Shown here in pieces: positions 1 to 16,263 of a DNA stretch of 64,000 nt. Within the stretch, counting starts at the first letter, position 1; each line of letters starts with the position of its first letter. The notes beneath the pieces were generated by a model, which had not been told where the DNA came from, did not search any database, and was given only the letters and a program-made list of their open reading frames with translations. Made by a program: the position numbers and the translations under genes. The DNA lies in assembly GCF_009914755.1 (NCBI RefSeq), contig NC_060947.1. The stretch is one strand, 5' to 3'. This stretch comes from the human T2T-CHM13v2.0 reference genome, Homo sapiens.

Positions 1-1465
1 TGAGAGGAGCCCCTCTGCCTGGCTGCCCAGTCTGGAAAGTGAGGAGCGTCTCCGCCCGGCCGCCATCCCATCTAGGAAGTGAGGAGCGCCTCTTCCCAGC
101 CGCCATCACATCTAGGAAGTGAGGAGCGTCTCTGCCCGGCCGCCCATCGTCTGAGATGTGGGGAGCACCTCTGCCCCGCCGCCCCCTCTGGGACGTGAGG
201 AGCGCCTCTGCCCGGCCGAGACCCCGTCTGGGAGGTGAGGAGCGTCTCTGCCCGGCCGCCCCATCTGAGAAGTGAGGAGACCCTCTGCCTGGCAACCACC
301 CCGTCTGAGAAGTGAGGAGCCTCTCCGCCCGGCAGCTGCCCCGTCTGAGAAGTGAGGAGCCTCTCCGCCCGGCAGCCACCCCATCTGGGAAGTGAGGAGC
401 GTCTCCGCCCGGCAGCCACCCCGTCCGGGAGGGAGGTGGGGGGGGTCAGCCCCCCGCCCGGCCAGCCGCCCCATCCGGGAGGGAGGTGGGGGGTCAGCCC
501 CCCCGCCCGGCCAGCCATGCCATCCGGGAGGGAGGTGGGGGGTTCAGCCCCCCGCCTGGCCAGCCGTGCCGTCCGGGAGGGAGGTGGGGGGTTCAGCCCC
601 CGCCCGGCCAGCCGCCCCGTCCGGGAGGTGAGGGGCGCCTCTGCCCGGCCGCCCCTACTGGGAAGTGAGGAGCCCCTCAGCCCGGCCAGCCACCCCGTCC
701 GGGAGGGAGATGGGGGGTCAGCCCCCCCACCCGGCCAGCCGCCCCGTCCGGGAGGGAGGTGGGGGGGTCAGCCCCCCGCCTGGCCAGCCGCCCCGTCTGG
801 GAGGGAGGTGGGGGGGTCAGCCTCCGCCCGGCCAGCCGCCCCGTCTGGGAGGTGAGGGGCGCCTCTGCCCGGCCGCCCCTACTGGGAAGTGAGGAGCCCC
901 TCTGCCCGGCCAGCCGCCCCGTCCGGGAGGGAGGTGGGGGGGGTCAGCCCCCCTGCCCGGCCAGCCACCCCGTCCGGGAGGTGAGGGGCGCCTCTGCCCG
1001 GCCGCCCCTACTAGGAAGTGAGGAGCCCCTCTGCCCGGCCAGCCGCCCCGTCCGGGAGGGAGGTGGGGGGGTCAGCGCCCCGCCCGGCCAGCCGCCCCGT
1101 CCGGGAGGGAGGTGGGGGGGGTCAGCCCCCCGCCCGGCCAGCCGCCCCGTCCGGGAGGGAGGTGGGGGGGGTCAGCCCCCCTGCCCAGCCAGCCGCCCCG
1201 TCCGGGAGGTGAGGGGCGCCTCTGCCCGGCCGCCCCTACTGGGAAGTGAGGAGCCCCTCTGCCCGGCCAGCCGCCCCGTCCGGGAGGGAGGTGGGGGGGG
1301 TCAGCCCCCCGCCCGGCCAGCCGCCCCATCCGGGAGGGAGGTGGGGGGGGTCAGCCCCCCGCCCGGCCAGCCGCCTGGTCCGCGAGGTGAGGGGCGCCTC
1401 TGCCCGGCCGCCCCTACTGGGAAGTGAGGAGCCCCTCTGCCCGGCCACCACCCCGTCTGGGAGGT
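1..1465 (+). repeat. SVA VNTR, GC-rich tandem repeat
   Basis: Dozens of imperfect tandem units with GGGAGGGAGGTGGGGGG tracts, read directly. Confidence 0.95.
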
Positions 1466-1996
1466 GTGCCCAACAGCTCATTGAGAACGGGCCAGGATGA
1501 CAATGGCGGCTTTGTGGAATAGAAAGGCGGGAAAGGTGGGGAAAAGATTGAGAAATCGGATGGTTGCCGTGTCTGTGTAGAAAGAAGTAGACATGGGAGA
1601 CTTTTCATTTTGTTCTGCACTAAGAAAAATTCTTCTGCCTTGGGATCCTGTTGATCTGTGACCTTACCCCCAACCCTGTGCTCTCTGAAACATGTGCTGT
1701 GTCCACTCAGGGTTAAATGGATTAAGGGCAGTGCAAGATGTGCTTTGTTAAACAGATGCTTGAAGGCAGCATGCTCCTTAAGAGTCATCACCAATCCCTA
1801 ATCTCAAGTAATCAGGGACACAAACACTGCGGAAGGCCGCAGGGTCCTCTGCCTAGGAAAACCAGAGACCTTTGTTCACTTGTTTATCTGCTGACCTTCC
1901 CTCCACTATTGTCCCATGACCCTGCCAAATCCCCCTCTGTGAGAAACACCCAAGAATTATCAATAAAAAAATAAATTTAAAAAAAAAATAAATAAA
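1..1996 (+). mobile_element. SVA retrotransposon, 3' portion (VNTR + SINE-R + poly(A)), SVA_F-like; 5' end lies outside the window
   Basis: GC-rich VNTR of ~35-50 bp units (CCCCGTCCGGGAGGGAGGTGGGGGG / GAAGTGAGGAGCCCCTCTGCCCGGCC) at 1-~1465. HERV-K-derived SINE-R at ~1466-1970, AATAAA at 1962-1967, then an A-rich tail. GGGCCAGGATGAC, ACCAATCCCTAATCTCAAGTAATC and GAATTATCAATAAA match the young SVA_F type as I recall it. Confidence 0.95.
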
Positions 1997-3402
1997 GTAG
2001 AAAATAAGATGATTGGAAAATTGCCATATATAAAAGACAAAATTATATAAATTCAAGGAATAAGAAAAAAGCAAGGGAAAGTGGAAAACAGACTTGTCAC
2101 TGAAATATACCATACCCAATTCCATACATACCTTCCTAATACCTGCCCAGTTGGAAGTTACAATTATTTTCTATTATTTGTTCACTAAATATACTGAGTG
2201 CCATATTTTTTACTATAAATACACACCCACAAGGCACATCTTTGTTGTCTATCAAGGTATCCTCATATGTCCAAGAGACGTAAGAGCCCTCTCCTTAGGA
2301 TATTCTTAGTCCAGAATCATCTAGGACATACACCCCTTCCCAAGGGTAGCTAGTTGACCCACTGCCCAGACTAGGTCAAGTCCTGATTTCAGGAACTCTG
2401 CCTCTTCTCCTTGAATGTACCATTAAGGCACCTTAACCTATGAGTCAAGAATTTCAACAGATACCCTTCTTAGTTTTCTGAAGTAATTTGTCACTCCCAG
2501 AAGTAGGGAAACACTTGTCATTTTTACATGCCCCCAGCTGTGGCACTGCCATTTGCTCCCTGCTTGCCGTCTTGTCTGCCACATCATTCCTTATCTATTC
2601 AATCACTTAGTCATCTACATCGCCAATACTTTTTGACCATACCTTCTGTGTTAGTGCCTGGGAAATAACTCCTACCATCAAGCAACTGTCTGTGTTTGAT
2701 TTCCCAGTTAGAGACTGCCAGGATTGACTAAGAAATAGTTCCAAGTCAGAATATCATTAATTTTTTGATAGGAAAATTATTTACAAAGCACTACTAAAAT
2801 AGTATGATAGTTATAAAATATTTATAGACAAAAAATAAATAACTAGATATTCATTTAGGAGCCTGGGGGGATGCTAGAGGCCTCTGCAATGCGGAAGACC
2901 CTTGAGGAAGATTTGACAGGTGAATGACCATTAAAGCTGAGTCATAAAGAATGAAGAAGCAATCTTCAAGTAGAAATTGGTGAAAGAAGATTCCAGGAAG
3001 AGACATCAGCATGGGGAAAGTTAAGGAGATGCGAAAGTTGATGCACATTTAGGGAATAGCCAATAATCCACTATACTTAGAGCACAGAGACTTAGAGTTG
3101 GGGTGTAAGACGGGCGGCACAGGGAATAGAAGGAGAAAGCAGGGTAGGGACCCACACAGGGATGGACCTAGCATGCCTTATAGAGTTGTGACCCCAGGTT
3201 TCACCCGAACAGGGATTCAGGCTTACATGATATACTGGTGAGTAAGGTCAGGAGAACTCTGTTTGTATCAGGATGGCTTCAGATAATGAAGAAGACAGCC
3301 TGATGTCTGTCCCAGATATCGGTTCCCTGCTCTCAGACTGACCTGCCTTGAGAATATGTCCTGTAGGCAGAAGCTGAGGAGCTGGTTTTAAAAGGAAATG
3401 TT

Positions 3403-4043
<641 letters not shown>

Positions 4044-4232
4044 TCACTGAGACACAAACAGGGGCCTGGGTCAATGCCTAGGAGATAAGGAACAGCAGGG
4101 GAGCGAGGATGGACATTCTCATCACTTCTGCATATAAAAAGCACCTGGCTTTGATAGGCATATCAAGAACTCTAGGGAATGAAGTGATATATTGATACCT
4201 TGAGGATTTTCAGCATTAAGAGCCTAAGAAGA

Positions 4233-4950
<718 letters not shown>

Positions 4951-5636
4951 TATGCCCTCCTCCCTTCTCTCTCCCTCTCTCTCTCGTGTTTGTGTGTGTT
5001 TGTATATATGTGTGTGTGTCTTTTTCTATTTTTTTTTATTTTGTGTATATCTTTTAAATGCTAGAATATCTCTGGAAGGAGTCACATGAAACTGACAATT
5101 TTGTTTACTTTCCAGAGAGAGGAATTGGGTGCCTAGGGAGCTTTTTGCCCTTTTGTACTATGTATTTGTATTACATATTCCCCCAAAAAATAAATTTTAA
5201 AAAATTGTTGCAGGCTTGTTCCAAATACCTCTTTTCAGGAGATGGTCTTTAACCTTTTCCCCATGGCAAGAATGGCCTGAGAAACAAGAGTCACAATTAT
5301 ACCTAAGATTAAGCAAGCTGAAACCTAGCTTTGCCCTGCAAAAAAGATTCCTGCTTAGGAGATATTACAGTAATTATGAACATGTAAAGGCAAGAAAAAA
5401 CACACAGATAGACACGGGAAAGATGCCAAAGAGTGACATATCCCAGAGAATAAAAGATTTAGTATGATGAGTGTATAATCACTGTGGCATAGTGAGAAAG
5501 ACTTGTTAGTGAGGAATGATGAAAACATTTATATGGCAGAAACCAATGGGGCTAACAGAATAGATAAATATGGTATCTGTTAGGGGAATTTGGAGTCCAG
5601 ATAGAATTAATCAAGACTTATAACATAAGAAGTTTA

Positions 5637-5945
5637 GGCCAGGCATGGTGGTTTACACTTGTAATCCTAGCACTGTGGGAGGCGGAGGCTGGAGGATCGC
5701 TTGAGCCAAGGAGGTCAAGTCCAGCCTGGGCAGCATGGCAAAACCCCATCTCTACCAAAAATACAAAAATTAGCCAGGCATGGTGGCACACACCTGTAAT
5801 CCCAGCTACTCAGGAGGCTGAGGTAGGAGGATTGCTTGAGCTAGGGAGGCAGAGGTTGCAGTGAGCTGAGACTGAGCCACTGCACTCCAGCCTGGGTGAC
5901 AGAGCGAGACCTTGTCTCAAAAAAAAAAAAAAAAAAAAAAAAAAA
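5637..5945 (+). mobile_element. Alu (AluJ/early S)
   Basis: Dimeric Alu, GAGGATCGCTTGAGCC, long A tail. Confidence 0.9.
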
Positions 5946-6133
5946 TTTAGGGCTGCCACAAGGACCAGTTGAGGCAACACTCCAAATATTGATAATTATG
6001 TACATGGAATACATCAAAAAAGAAAAAAGTTTTTTGTTTTGTTTTATTACTTAAGGGGTTTCTTCATAACAAAGATAAGTGATAGAATAGTCACTTACGC
6101 TACCATTTGGGTCAAGAACAAGAGATGCTCTAA

Positions 6134-6362
6134 TAAGGGTGTCCAATCTTTCGGCTTCCCTGGGCCACATTGGAAGAAGAAGAATTGTCTTGGACCACAT
6201 ATAAAATACACTAACACCAACAATAGCTGATGAGCTAAAAAAAGAAAACTGCAAAAAATAAATCTCATAATGTTTTAAGAAAGTTTATGGATTTGCGGTG
6301 GGCTGCATTCAAAGCTGTCCTTGGCCGCATGCAGCCTGCGGGCAGTGGGTTGGACAAGCTTT
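6134..6362 (+). mobile_element. MER30 hAT DNA transposon
   Basis: GGGTGTCCAATCTTTCGGCTTCCCTGGGCCACATTGGAAGAAGAAG...GGGTTGGACAAGCTT matches the recalled MER30 consensus; about 230 bp. Confidence 0.85.
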
Positions 6363-6990
6363 CTCTTCTAGCTAGTAAACTCCTGATGCTAAGGCTCAGC
6401 TACAGAGGTAAAGGTAGGAAAAGTGTGCCTCCTTGTATGCAGCTTCTACAGACCCCAAAATCCCCATAAAACCCTAATAGTGGGCTGCCGGGCATGCACA
6501 CCTAATAAAGTAATTATCCATTTAACTTGACCCAATAACCAGACAAAATATCCCAGTCATGAATGGAATTTTGCAGGCATACGTTTCAAGTTCTGTTCGA
6601 AGCGCTTGACTTGAAAATTGAGTCATATTTCTTTACAAGCTGCAAAGTCTGTTCTTTTTAGCTGTTGAGTAAGTTGTTAAGCACAACAGTTGATATATAA
6701 CTTGTTCTGGATATCAAGAATTATAGTCTTTTACATTTTTTAAAGTACTTTTTTTGCCTTTGTTTTCCAAACACAGCTATTTTGTCCTCAAAATAGTTCT
6801 GTGATACATGCAGAGGATTATTACCTAATTATTTGTACCTAATTTTAGATGTATAAAATCACTTGTCCGAAAGTTACACTGTTGGCTCATAGCTGGTTTC
6901 TGCAACATTTATTTATAGTATTTAAGCAGGCGGTCTTTGAAGTAGAATAGAATATATGAACTAAAATAAACCAAAAACTGAATTAGTTGA

Positions 6991-7416
6991 TGGATTAGTC
7001 AGGATTCTTCAGAAAAACAGAACGTGTGTATACACACACACGGAAAGACAGAAGGAGAAAGACAGAGATGGTGAGATTTATTTTAAGGAATTGCCTCATA
7101 TGATTGCGGGGGCTAAAAAGACCCAAACCCACAGATCAGACTGGAAATTCCAGCAAGAAGTCGACGTCCTGAGTCTGAAGGCAATCTGGAAACATCATTT
7201 CTTCTTCTTCAGTGGCCTTCCAGTCTTTTCTCTCAAGGCCTTCAACTAATTGGATGAGGCCCTCCCACATTATGGAGGGTAATCTGTTTACTCAAATCTA
7301 CTGATTTAAATATCAATCACATCTAAAAAGATAACCTCACAGCAACATCTAGATTGGCATTTGACCAACTGGGCATAACAGCCTAGCCAAGTTGACACAT
7401 AAAAATAACCCTAACA
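6991..7416 (-). mobile_element. MLT2 (ERVL) LTR
   Basis: TTAGTCAGGATTCTTCAGAAAAACAGAAC...GAGATTTATTTTAAGGAATTG...GCCTAGCCAAGTTGACACATAAAA. Confidence 0.75.
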
Positions 7417-8408
7417 GTTGGGATTTGGAATGGCTACGTTGGACTCACATCTTACATTAAGGAGTGGCTTATAAACAAGATAGTTCTCAAGTAAGTAGTC
7501 AAAGTCAGCAGCCCAGGAATGGCATAGTAACCCTCCAGTCATTAAGAAACAGGCCCATTCCAGTTTGTTGCTCTACTGTCTTCCACACATAGCTTCTGCC
7601 TCATGTCCGAATATGACTTCTTAGACTCAACTATCCAATCTCATTCAAATTTTCTGGAAGAGCATCTACCTCACTTTAAAGACACTTCCTGGAAGTTTCA
7701 CATGTCTTACACACATGGTCTAGAATTTACATAGCCACAGTTTGTTACAAAAGTGGCTGAGAAATGTTGTCTTTATTTTGGTGGTCATTTCTTCAGCTAA
7801 AATTCAGGGAATCTGTACTTTAAAATTCAAGGAAGAAAAAAGAATGGATAACTATAGAGAATAGGTCTACCATGCAGAGATTGTTACATTGCACAACTGA
7901 AGGGCTGCCATTTATAGCACAGTATATATCATAAATTATTCAGATCTACTCATATGTGAATGTGATTTAGTGATAGTCATATCAAAGTAGACCTAGTCTA
8001 TGCATGGTTGAGAGGACTACACAAATCAAGGAGGCAGCAATCACACCACAATCTATACTAGGGATCTTCCTAAATTCCTAATTTGCTTAGTGTGGAAGGA
8101 AGTGATGACCCCATGGAAGTAGACTTATTCTATATACAGTTGGGTGCACTACACAGCTGTAGGCAGACCTTTCATATTACACTCTATTCCACAGATGTTT
8201 CTGGGTTCCTTAATATGCTCAATATGGAGTCAGTGATGATCTCATAAAAATAGATTTAGTTCATGTGTAGGTGGGTACACTCCACAATTTAAGGATTCTA
8301 TTTATATCACAGTCTATGCCATGAGTCTCTCCGGATTTCTCATATGCTCAATGTGAAAGTTATTGTTGCCCACATGAAATTAGATTGTGTCACGTACTTT
8401 GGGTGTGC

Positions 8409-8742
8409 TGTGTAAAAGGAAAATAAAATCTTGGAAACCCAATTCACTCTGCCAAAGGAAAAAATTAAGCTAAAAGCTGAGTCATGCAAGAAACTGCCTT
8501 TCCTTTTGTTTTGAAGCAAATAGCTACACATAAAAGGTTAAATATCTCCGCAGGTAACTACTCTATGTTCAGCTTATCTTATGTAAAGTGCCGATTTACT
8601 AAGCGTTAGACAAATACATAATTGACTATTCCCCTACCTGCTCCTATTCTCTAGCAATATGTAAATTCAGTAATGTGACCATGCCCTCCCTCTTTCCCCT
8701 CCAGCCTGCTTTTCCCCTTTAAATATTGAAGCCCTCAAAATC
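8409..8742 (+). mobile_element. MER4-group (ERV1) LTR fragment
   Basis: Starts TGTGTAAAAGGAAAATAAAATCTTGG...GCCAAAGGAAAAAATTAAGCT; contains an AP-1-like TGAGTCA. Confidence 0.7.
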
Positions 8743-8917
8743 AGAAATTTTCCATCTTTTTTTAAAAGAAACCCTACACTCCACTGAAAACATTCGCAAT
8801 GGTTTTAATCTGAGGCAGAAACAACAACTTGTGAAGCATTTGCCATGTGTTGGGCACAGTACTACACCCTTTATATGTTTTATTTCATTTACTCACTTCC
8901 ACGACCCTATGAGTTAG

Positions 8918-9884
<967 letters not shown>

Positions 9885-10220
9885 GAGGAAACTGAGGCAC
9901 AGTCCTACAGCTGGTAATTAATAAAACCAATATTTAAATTCAATAAATATTTAAATTCAATCTGAAACCAGAGTGTAAGGTATGCTATCTTGTTAACACC
10001 TCTGTAAATTACATTGACATTCTACTAATGGTCTTTTGAGCAGAGAGATTTAGCTGCTCCATAGATAATTAAATTTTGAAAAAAATGGAAAGTGTTTTGA
10101 AGGAAAATGTAAGTCAGATCTCAGACTGACATGGGAAACTGTTATGTGTATGAAGTGGTGCATTAATTAATGTACTCCAGTAGCTGAGATTTTATTTTAT
10201 TCAAAGGAGATGAAATCTTA

Positions 10221-10551
<331 letters not shown>

Positions 10552-11192
10552 TCATGATTGTAGCCTACACTTGGATCTATGCCTAATAAAACAGTCAAGT
10601 ATGACTGAAGCAAAAACAGTTTACACACACCTTTTGTGATTTATTGGTTACTCAAAGGGAGTCCAGTCCATAGTGTGAAAAGTGAATTGCTGCAGAGATG
10701 AAAAGAGGTGTGTCTAGAGGAAGTCCTTGTAGCAGTGTTTTGTTCCTGCTCGGTCTGAGCCTTTGAATAGATCCTGAAACGTTATATCAAATCCTCTCTC
10801 AAAGCACCATTATATGAATGAACAAATAATTTATTGAAAACTAAAACTAAACTAAATTAAGATCCCTGGGAAAAGAAAATCAATACTCCAGAACAATGGA
10901 TCCAAAGCTCAACTAGGCTAACATAATTCTCAAAGTTCTAGCTTTTAGGCCACTTCAATTTGTCTATCAATGCAGCATTGAACTGCTGACAAATTAGGGA
11001 GACATAGTCTCCACCCACAAGCTGCTGTTTATAAACACCAGATGTTTCTGGAACTACCACTTCTGCTAAAAAGGTTTAACTTCCCCTCGTAAATTAATAA
11101 GAAATAAGAATTGCAAAAATTGGAATATATTCTCAAAGTATTCCTGAACTTGTGGGATAACTAATAACGAGTATACTTATCTTTAAAGTTTT

Positions 11193-11497
11193 GGCCGGGC
11201 GCGGTGGCTCACGCCTGTAATCCCAGCACTTTGGGAGGCCGAGGCGGGGAGATCACGAAGTCAGGAGATCGAGACCATCCTGGCTAACACGGTGAAACCC
11301 TGTCTCTACTAAAAATACAAAAACAAAAAATTAGCCGGGCATGGTGGCCGGCACTGCAGTCCCAGCTACTCGGGAGGCTGAGGCGTGAGAGTGGCGTGAA
11401 CCCGGGAGGCGGAGCCTGCAGTGAGCGGAGATTGCACCACTGCGCTACAGCCCGGGTGACAGAGCGAGACTCTGTCTCAAAAAAATAAATAAATAAA
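11193..11497 (+). mobile_element. AluY
   Basis: GAGATCGAGACCATCCTGGCTAACACGG and GGCGTGAACCCGGG diagnostics. Confidence 0.9.
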
Positions 11498-12697
11498 GTT
11501 CTGCAGATAAGCAATTCTATGAATATTGAATGTCTTTTTAACCTATAAGAAGATACCACTCTTGATTGATTTTCTTTTTGGGAGTGCCTAGGTTCAATTT
11601 AAAGGATCTCTGCATGAGATACGCCAATTGATGTAAAGGTTGGTTTTTTAAAAAATTTTAATTTCACTGCTTCCTCATTCCTCTGTGTGTGTATACACAC
11701 TCGCTAGTGATTTCTTTTCTTAGAATAGAAATTATGAATATCATTTTAAAAAGAGCTGTTTCTGCTAACCTTACAAAATATATTTAATTTGCTGTTTAAA
11801 TGAAATAGCAAACTTTCTCAAACTTACAGATGCCTCTTGAGCCTTGGATTTCCATTTCTATTTGCTGCGTTTCTGAGTCTCTGTTATCACTATTTGGTGT
11901 GAAAACATACACGTCATTTTGGCTTATGATTCAGAAAAGACAGTTTTTTTTTATCACAGTTTCTCCAGAGTTCACGTTAATAATGCAACATTTGAACTTC
12001 TGCTTCTAGTCAAGATGGAGTAACGGGGACCAAATTTACAGGGACAAAACTGTAAAACAGCAGTTTTCAAGACATTGGACATTGGGCAATGGACAATCAT
12101 CGCTGAGAAACAGGAAACAAACTAAGTGAGCCCTATAATTGCCCCAGGCAATTGAATCCAATTATATATAAAATGGAAAATACATCATGAACAAGTGGGG
12201 TTCATCCCAGGAATGCAAGATTGGTTTAGCATTCAAAACTTAATCAATAAAACTCAACAGACTAGGAATAGAAGGGAACCTCCTCAACCTAATAAAAGGC
12301 ATTTATGAAAAAACCTACCGTTAACCTCATTAATGATGAAAGACTGAATGTTTTCTGCCTAAGATCAGGAACAAGGCAAGGATCCACTCTCACCAATTCT
12401 ATTCAAAATTATACTGGAAGCTGCAGCCAGTGAAATAGGGCAAAAATGAAAGGCATTCATATTGTACGGGAAGAATAAAACTGTCTTTATTCACAAATGA
12501 CATTCCTGTCTATGCAGAAAGTCCTGTGAAATCTACAAGAAAAATACTAGAATAAATGAGTTTAGCAAAGTTGTAGGATACAAGATAAAGAATGAAAAAT
12601 AAATTGTGTTTTCTATATACTAGCAATGAAAATGGGAAATTTAAATTATAAATTATAACAATATCATTTACAGTGACAACAAAAATATAAAATACTA

Positions 12698-12969
12698 TCA
12701 TGTCTGTAATCCCAGCATTTTGGGAGGCCAAGGCAGGCAGATCACTTGAGCCCAGGAGTTCGAGACCAGCTTGGGCAACATGGCGAAACCCTATCTCTAC
12801 AAAATAATCCAATAAAAATTAGCCTAGTGTGGCGGTGTGCACCTGTAGTCCCAGGTACTTGGGAGGCTGAGATGGGAGGGTCACCTGAGCCCAGGTGGTT
12901 AAGGCTGTGGTGGGCCATGATCCCACCACTGCACTCCAGCCTGGGCAATAGAGTGAGACCCTATCTCAA
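12698..12969 (+). mobile_element. AluJ (5'-truncated) inside L1
   Basis: TGTAATCCCAGC...GAGCCCAGGAGTTCGAG. Confidence 0.85.
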
Positions 12970-13320
12970 GCATATATATATATATGCTTTGTTAGGGATA
13001 AACCTGACAAAGTGCATGTGATACCTACACACTGAAAACTAAAAAACATTGCTGAGATAAATGAAAGAAGACCTAAATAAATGCAGAAATATACCATGTT
13101 CATTGATTGAAAGACTCAATATTGTGAAGACGTCTCTTTGAAACAAACCCAATAAGATGTCAGCATGATTGTCTTTAAAGCTTAACAGGATGATTCTAAA
13201 ATTAATATAGAAATGCAAAGAACCTAGAATGCCTCAAATATCTTTGAAAAGTAGGAAACAAGTTGGAGGACTTATATTACTTATATTACTTGATTTGTAG
13301 GAGGACATATTACTTGACTT

Positions 13321-14044
13321 CAATAGTGACCCCTTATCCATGGTTTTGCTTTCTGTGGTTTTAGTTACCTGCAGTCAACCATGGTCCAAAAATATTAAAT
13401 GGAAGATTTCAGAAGTAAATGATTCATAAGTTTTAAATTGCACATCATTATGAGAAGCATGATAAAACCTTGTGCCTTCCTGCCAGGGATGTGAATCATT
13501 TCTTTTTTCAGTGTATCCACGCTGTATACACTACCCACTTATTAGTCATTTAGTATTCATCTCAGTTATCGGATTGACTGTCATGGTATGGCAGTACTTG
13601 TGTTCAAGTAACCTTTATTTTACTTAATAATGGCCCTAAAGTGCAAGAGTAGTGATGCCGGCAATTCAGATATGCCAAAGAAGAAGGATGTATATAGTAC
13701 AAGAAGATATTTTGAATATACATGTATCAAAATATCACATTGTATCCCACAAATACAATTATTGTGTGTCAATTAAAAATAAAATAAAACTTTTAAAAAG
13801 GGATATTTTGAGAGAGACCACATTCACACAGCTTCTATTACAGTATATTGTTGTAATCATTCTACTGTATTATTAGTTATTTTTATGAATCTCTTAATTT
13901 GCCTAATTTATAAATTAAACATTATCAAAGTTTTATATGCATAGGAAAAAACATAGTATAGATGAGGTTTGGTAAAATCCATGGTTTCAGGCATCCACTG
14001 GGAGTCTTGGAACATATACAATGAGGATAAGAGCAAGTTACTCT
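13321..14044 (+). mobile_element. MER44 (Tigger7-derived) DNA transposon containing a short L1MA 3'-end insertion (~13716-13800)
   Basis: CCCCTTATCCATGGTTTTGCTTTCTGTGG...ATGGCCCTAAAGTGCAAGAGTAGTGATG...GGTTTCAGGCATCCACTGGGAGTCTTGGAAC. Inner insert flanked by GATATTTTGA. Confidence 0.8.
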
Positions 14045-15015
14045 ATACAGTTGCAGTTGGTATTGGTGTAAAGTTTGATAAATAGGTCAGTTGATCAGAA
14101 TAGGGAATCCAAAAATAGACCCATATCAGTATAGTCAATTGGCTTTTTACAAAGGTACAATGGCAATTCAGCAGAGAAAAGCTAGTCTATTCAACAAATT
14201 GTGCTGGAACAGTTGGATATTCAACCATATTCAAAAAAGAAACTTAAATTCACGCTTTGCAGTATATACAAAATTAACTGAAAATATATCAGAGACCCAA
14301 AGGTAAAGTCTATAACTATACAACTTCTAGAAAAAAATAAGAGAAAATCTTTGTTACATTGGGTTTGGCAGTGATTTCTTAGATATAACATCAAAACCGT
14401 GATACATAAAATAAAAGAAATGGTAAATTGGACTTCGACCATATTAAGAGCTTTCACTCCCCAAAAAAATACTAAGAGAATTAAAAGATAAACCACAGAT
14501 TGGGATAATATGTATGCAAATTGCATATCTGTTAAAGAACTAGTATCCAGAATATATAAAGAAAACAACTCAATTAAAAGTGGGTGAAAATTTTGAATAG
14601 ACATCTCACCTAAGAAGATATATAGATGTCAAATAAGCACATTAACAGATGATTCAACACCATTAGTTAAGGGAAATGCAAATTAAAATCGCAATGAGCA
14701 ACTGATACGCACCTATTAAAATGTCTAAAATTAAAATGACTGATCATACCAAGTGTCGGTGAGAATGTGGAACAACTGAAACTATTATGAATTTCTGGTG
14801 GAAATGTAAAATGGTACAACCACTTCAGAAAACAATTGTGCAGTTTATCAAATAGTTAAACATATACCTAAGTATTTGCCCAGTGAAAGAGAAATCAAAG
14901 CATATATACACAAGATTTGTATACAAATGTTCACAGCAGCTTTACTTGTCAATAGCCAAAAACTGGAAACATTGCGAATATCCATCAACAAGTGAATGAA
15001 TAAAAATTATGTAAG

Positions 15016-15142
15016 CCAGGCATAGTGGTATGTGCCTCTAATCCCAGTTACTCTGGAGGCTGAGGTGGGAGGATAGCTTGAGCCCAGGAGTTTGAGACCA
15101 GTCTGAGCAACACAGAGAGACCCCCATCTCAAAAAAAAAAAA
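15016..15142 (+). mobile_element. FLAM (free left Alu monomer)
   Basis: ~130-bp monomer with A tail. Confidence 0.75.
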
Positions 15143-15454
15143 TTGTGATGCATCATGCAATGGAATATTACTAAACGATAAAAAAGAATGGGACTTCTTT
15201 TTCCAAAATAATGATATAGAAGCAAACTCGCTTCATTCTCCTACCCACAGACAACCAAAAACAAATATACATTGCCAAGATTATCAACAGAAACATCCCA
15301 GATCTTATATAGGAAGATGAGACCGTTTCCAGGGCAGCAGAGAAGTGAAAAAACTCTGAGCCGACGGTAAGAGAATCAAACTTCAACATCCACAGTGCAG
15401 TGCCCTTGCCCCATTCTGCCTGGCACCAAGTGCATAGAAAATTTTCCCCCAACT

Positions 15455-16263
<809 letters not shown>

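Noticed and set aside
1-1465. Repeat array superficially resembling a CRISPR array
   Set aside because: No unique spacers or cas genes; it is the SVA VNTR in primate DNA.
72-1974. Many long overlapping Pro/Gly/Arg-rich ORFs (up to 222 aa)
   Set aside because: All lie in the SVA VNTR or SINE-R; GC-rich repeats lack stop codons by composition.
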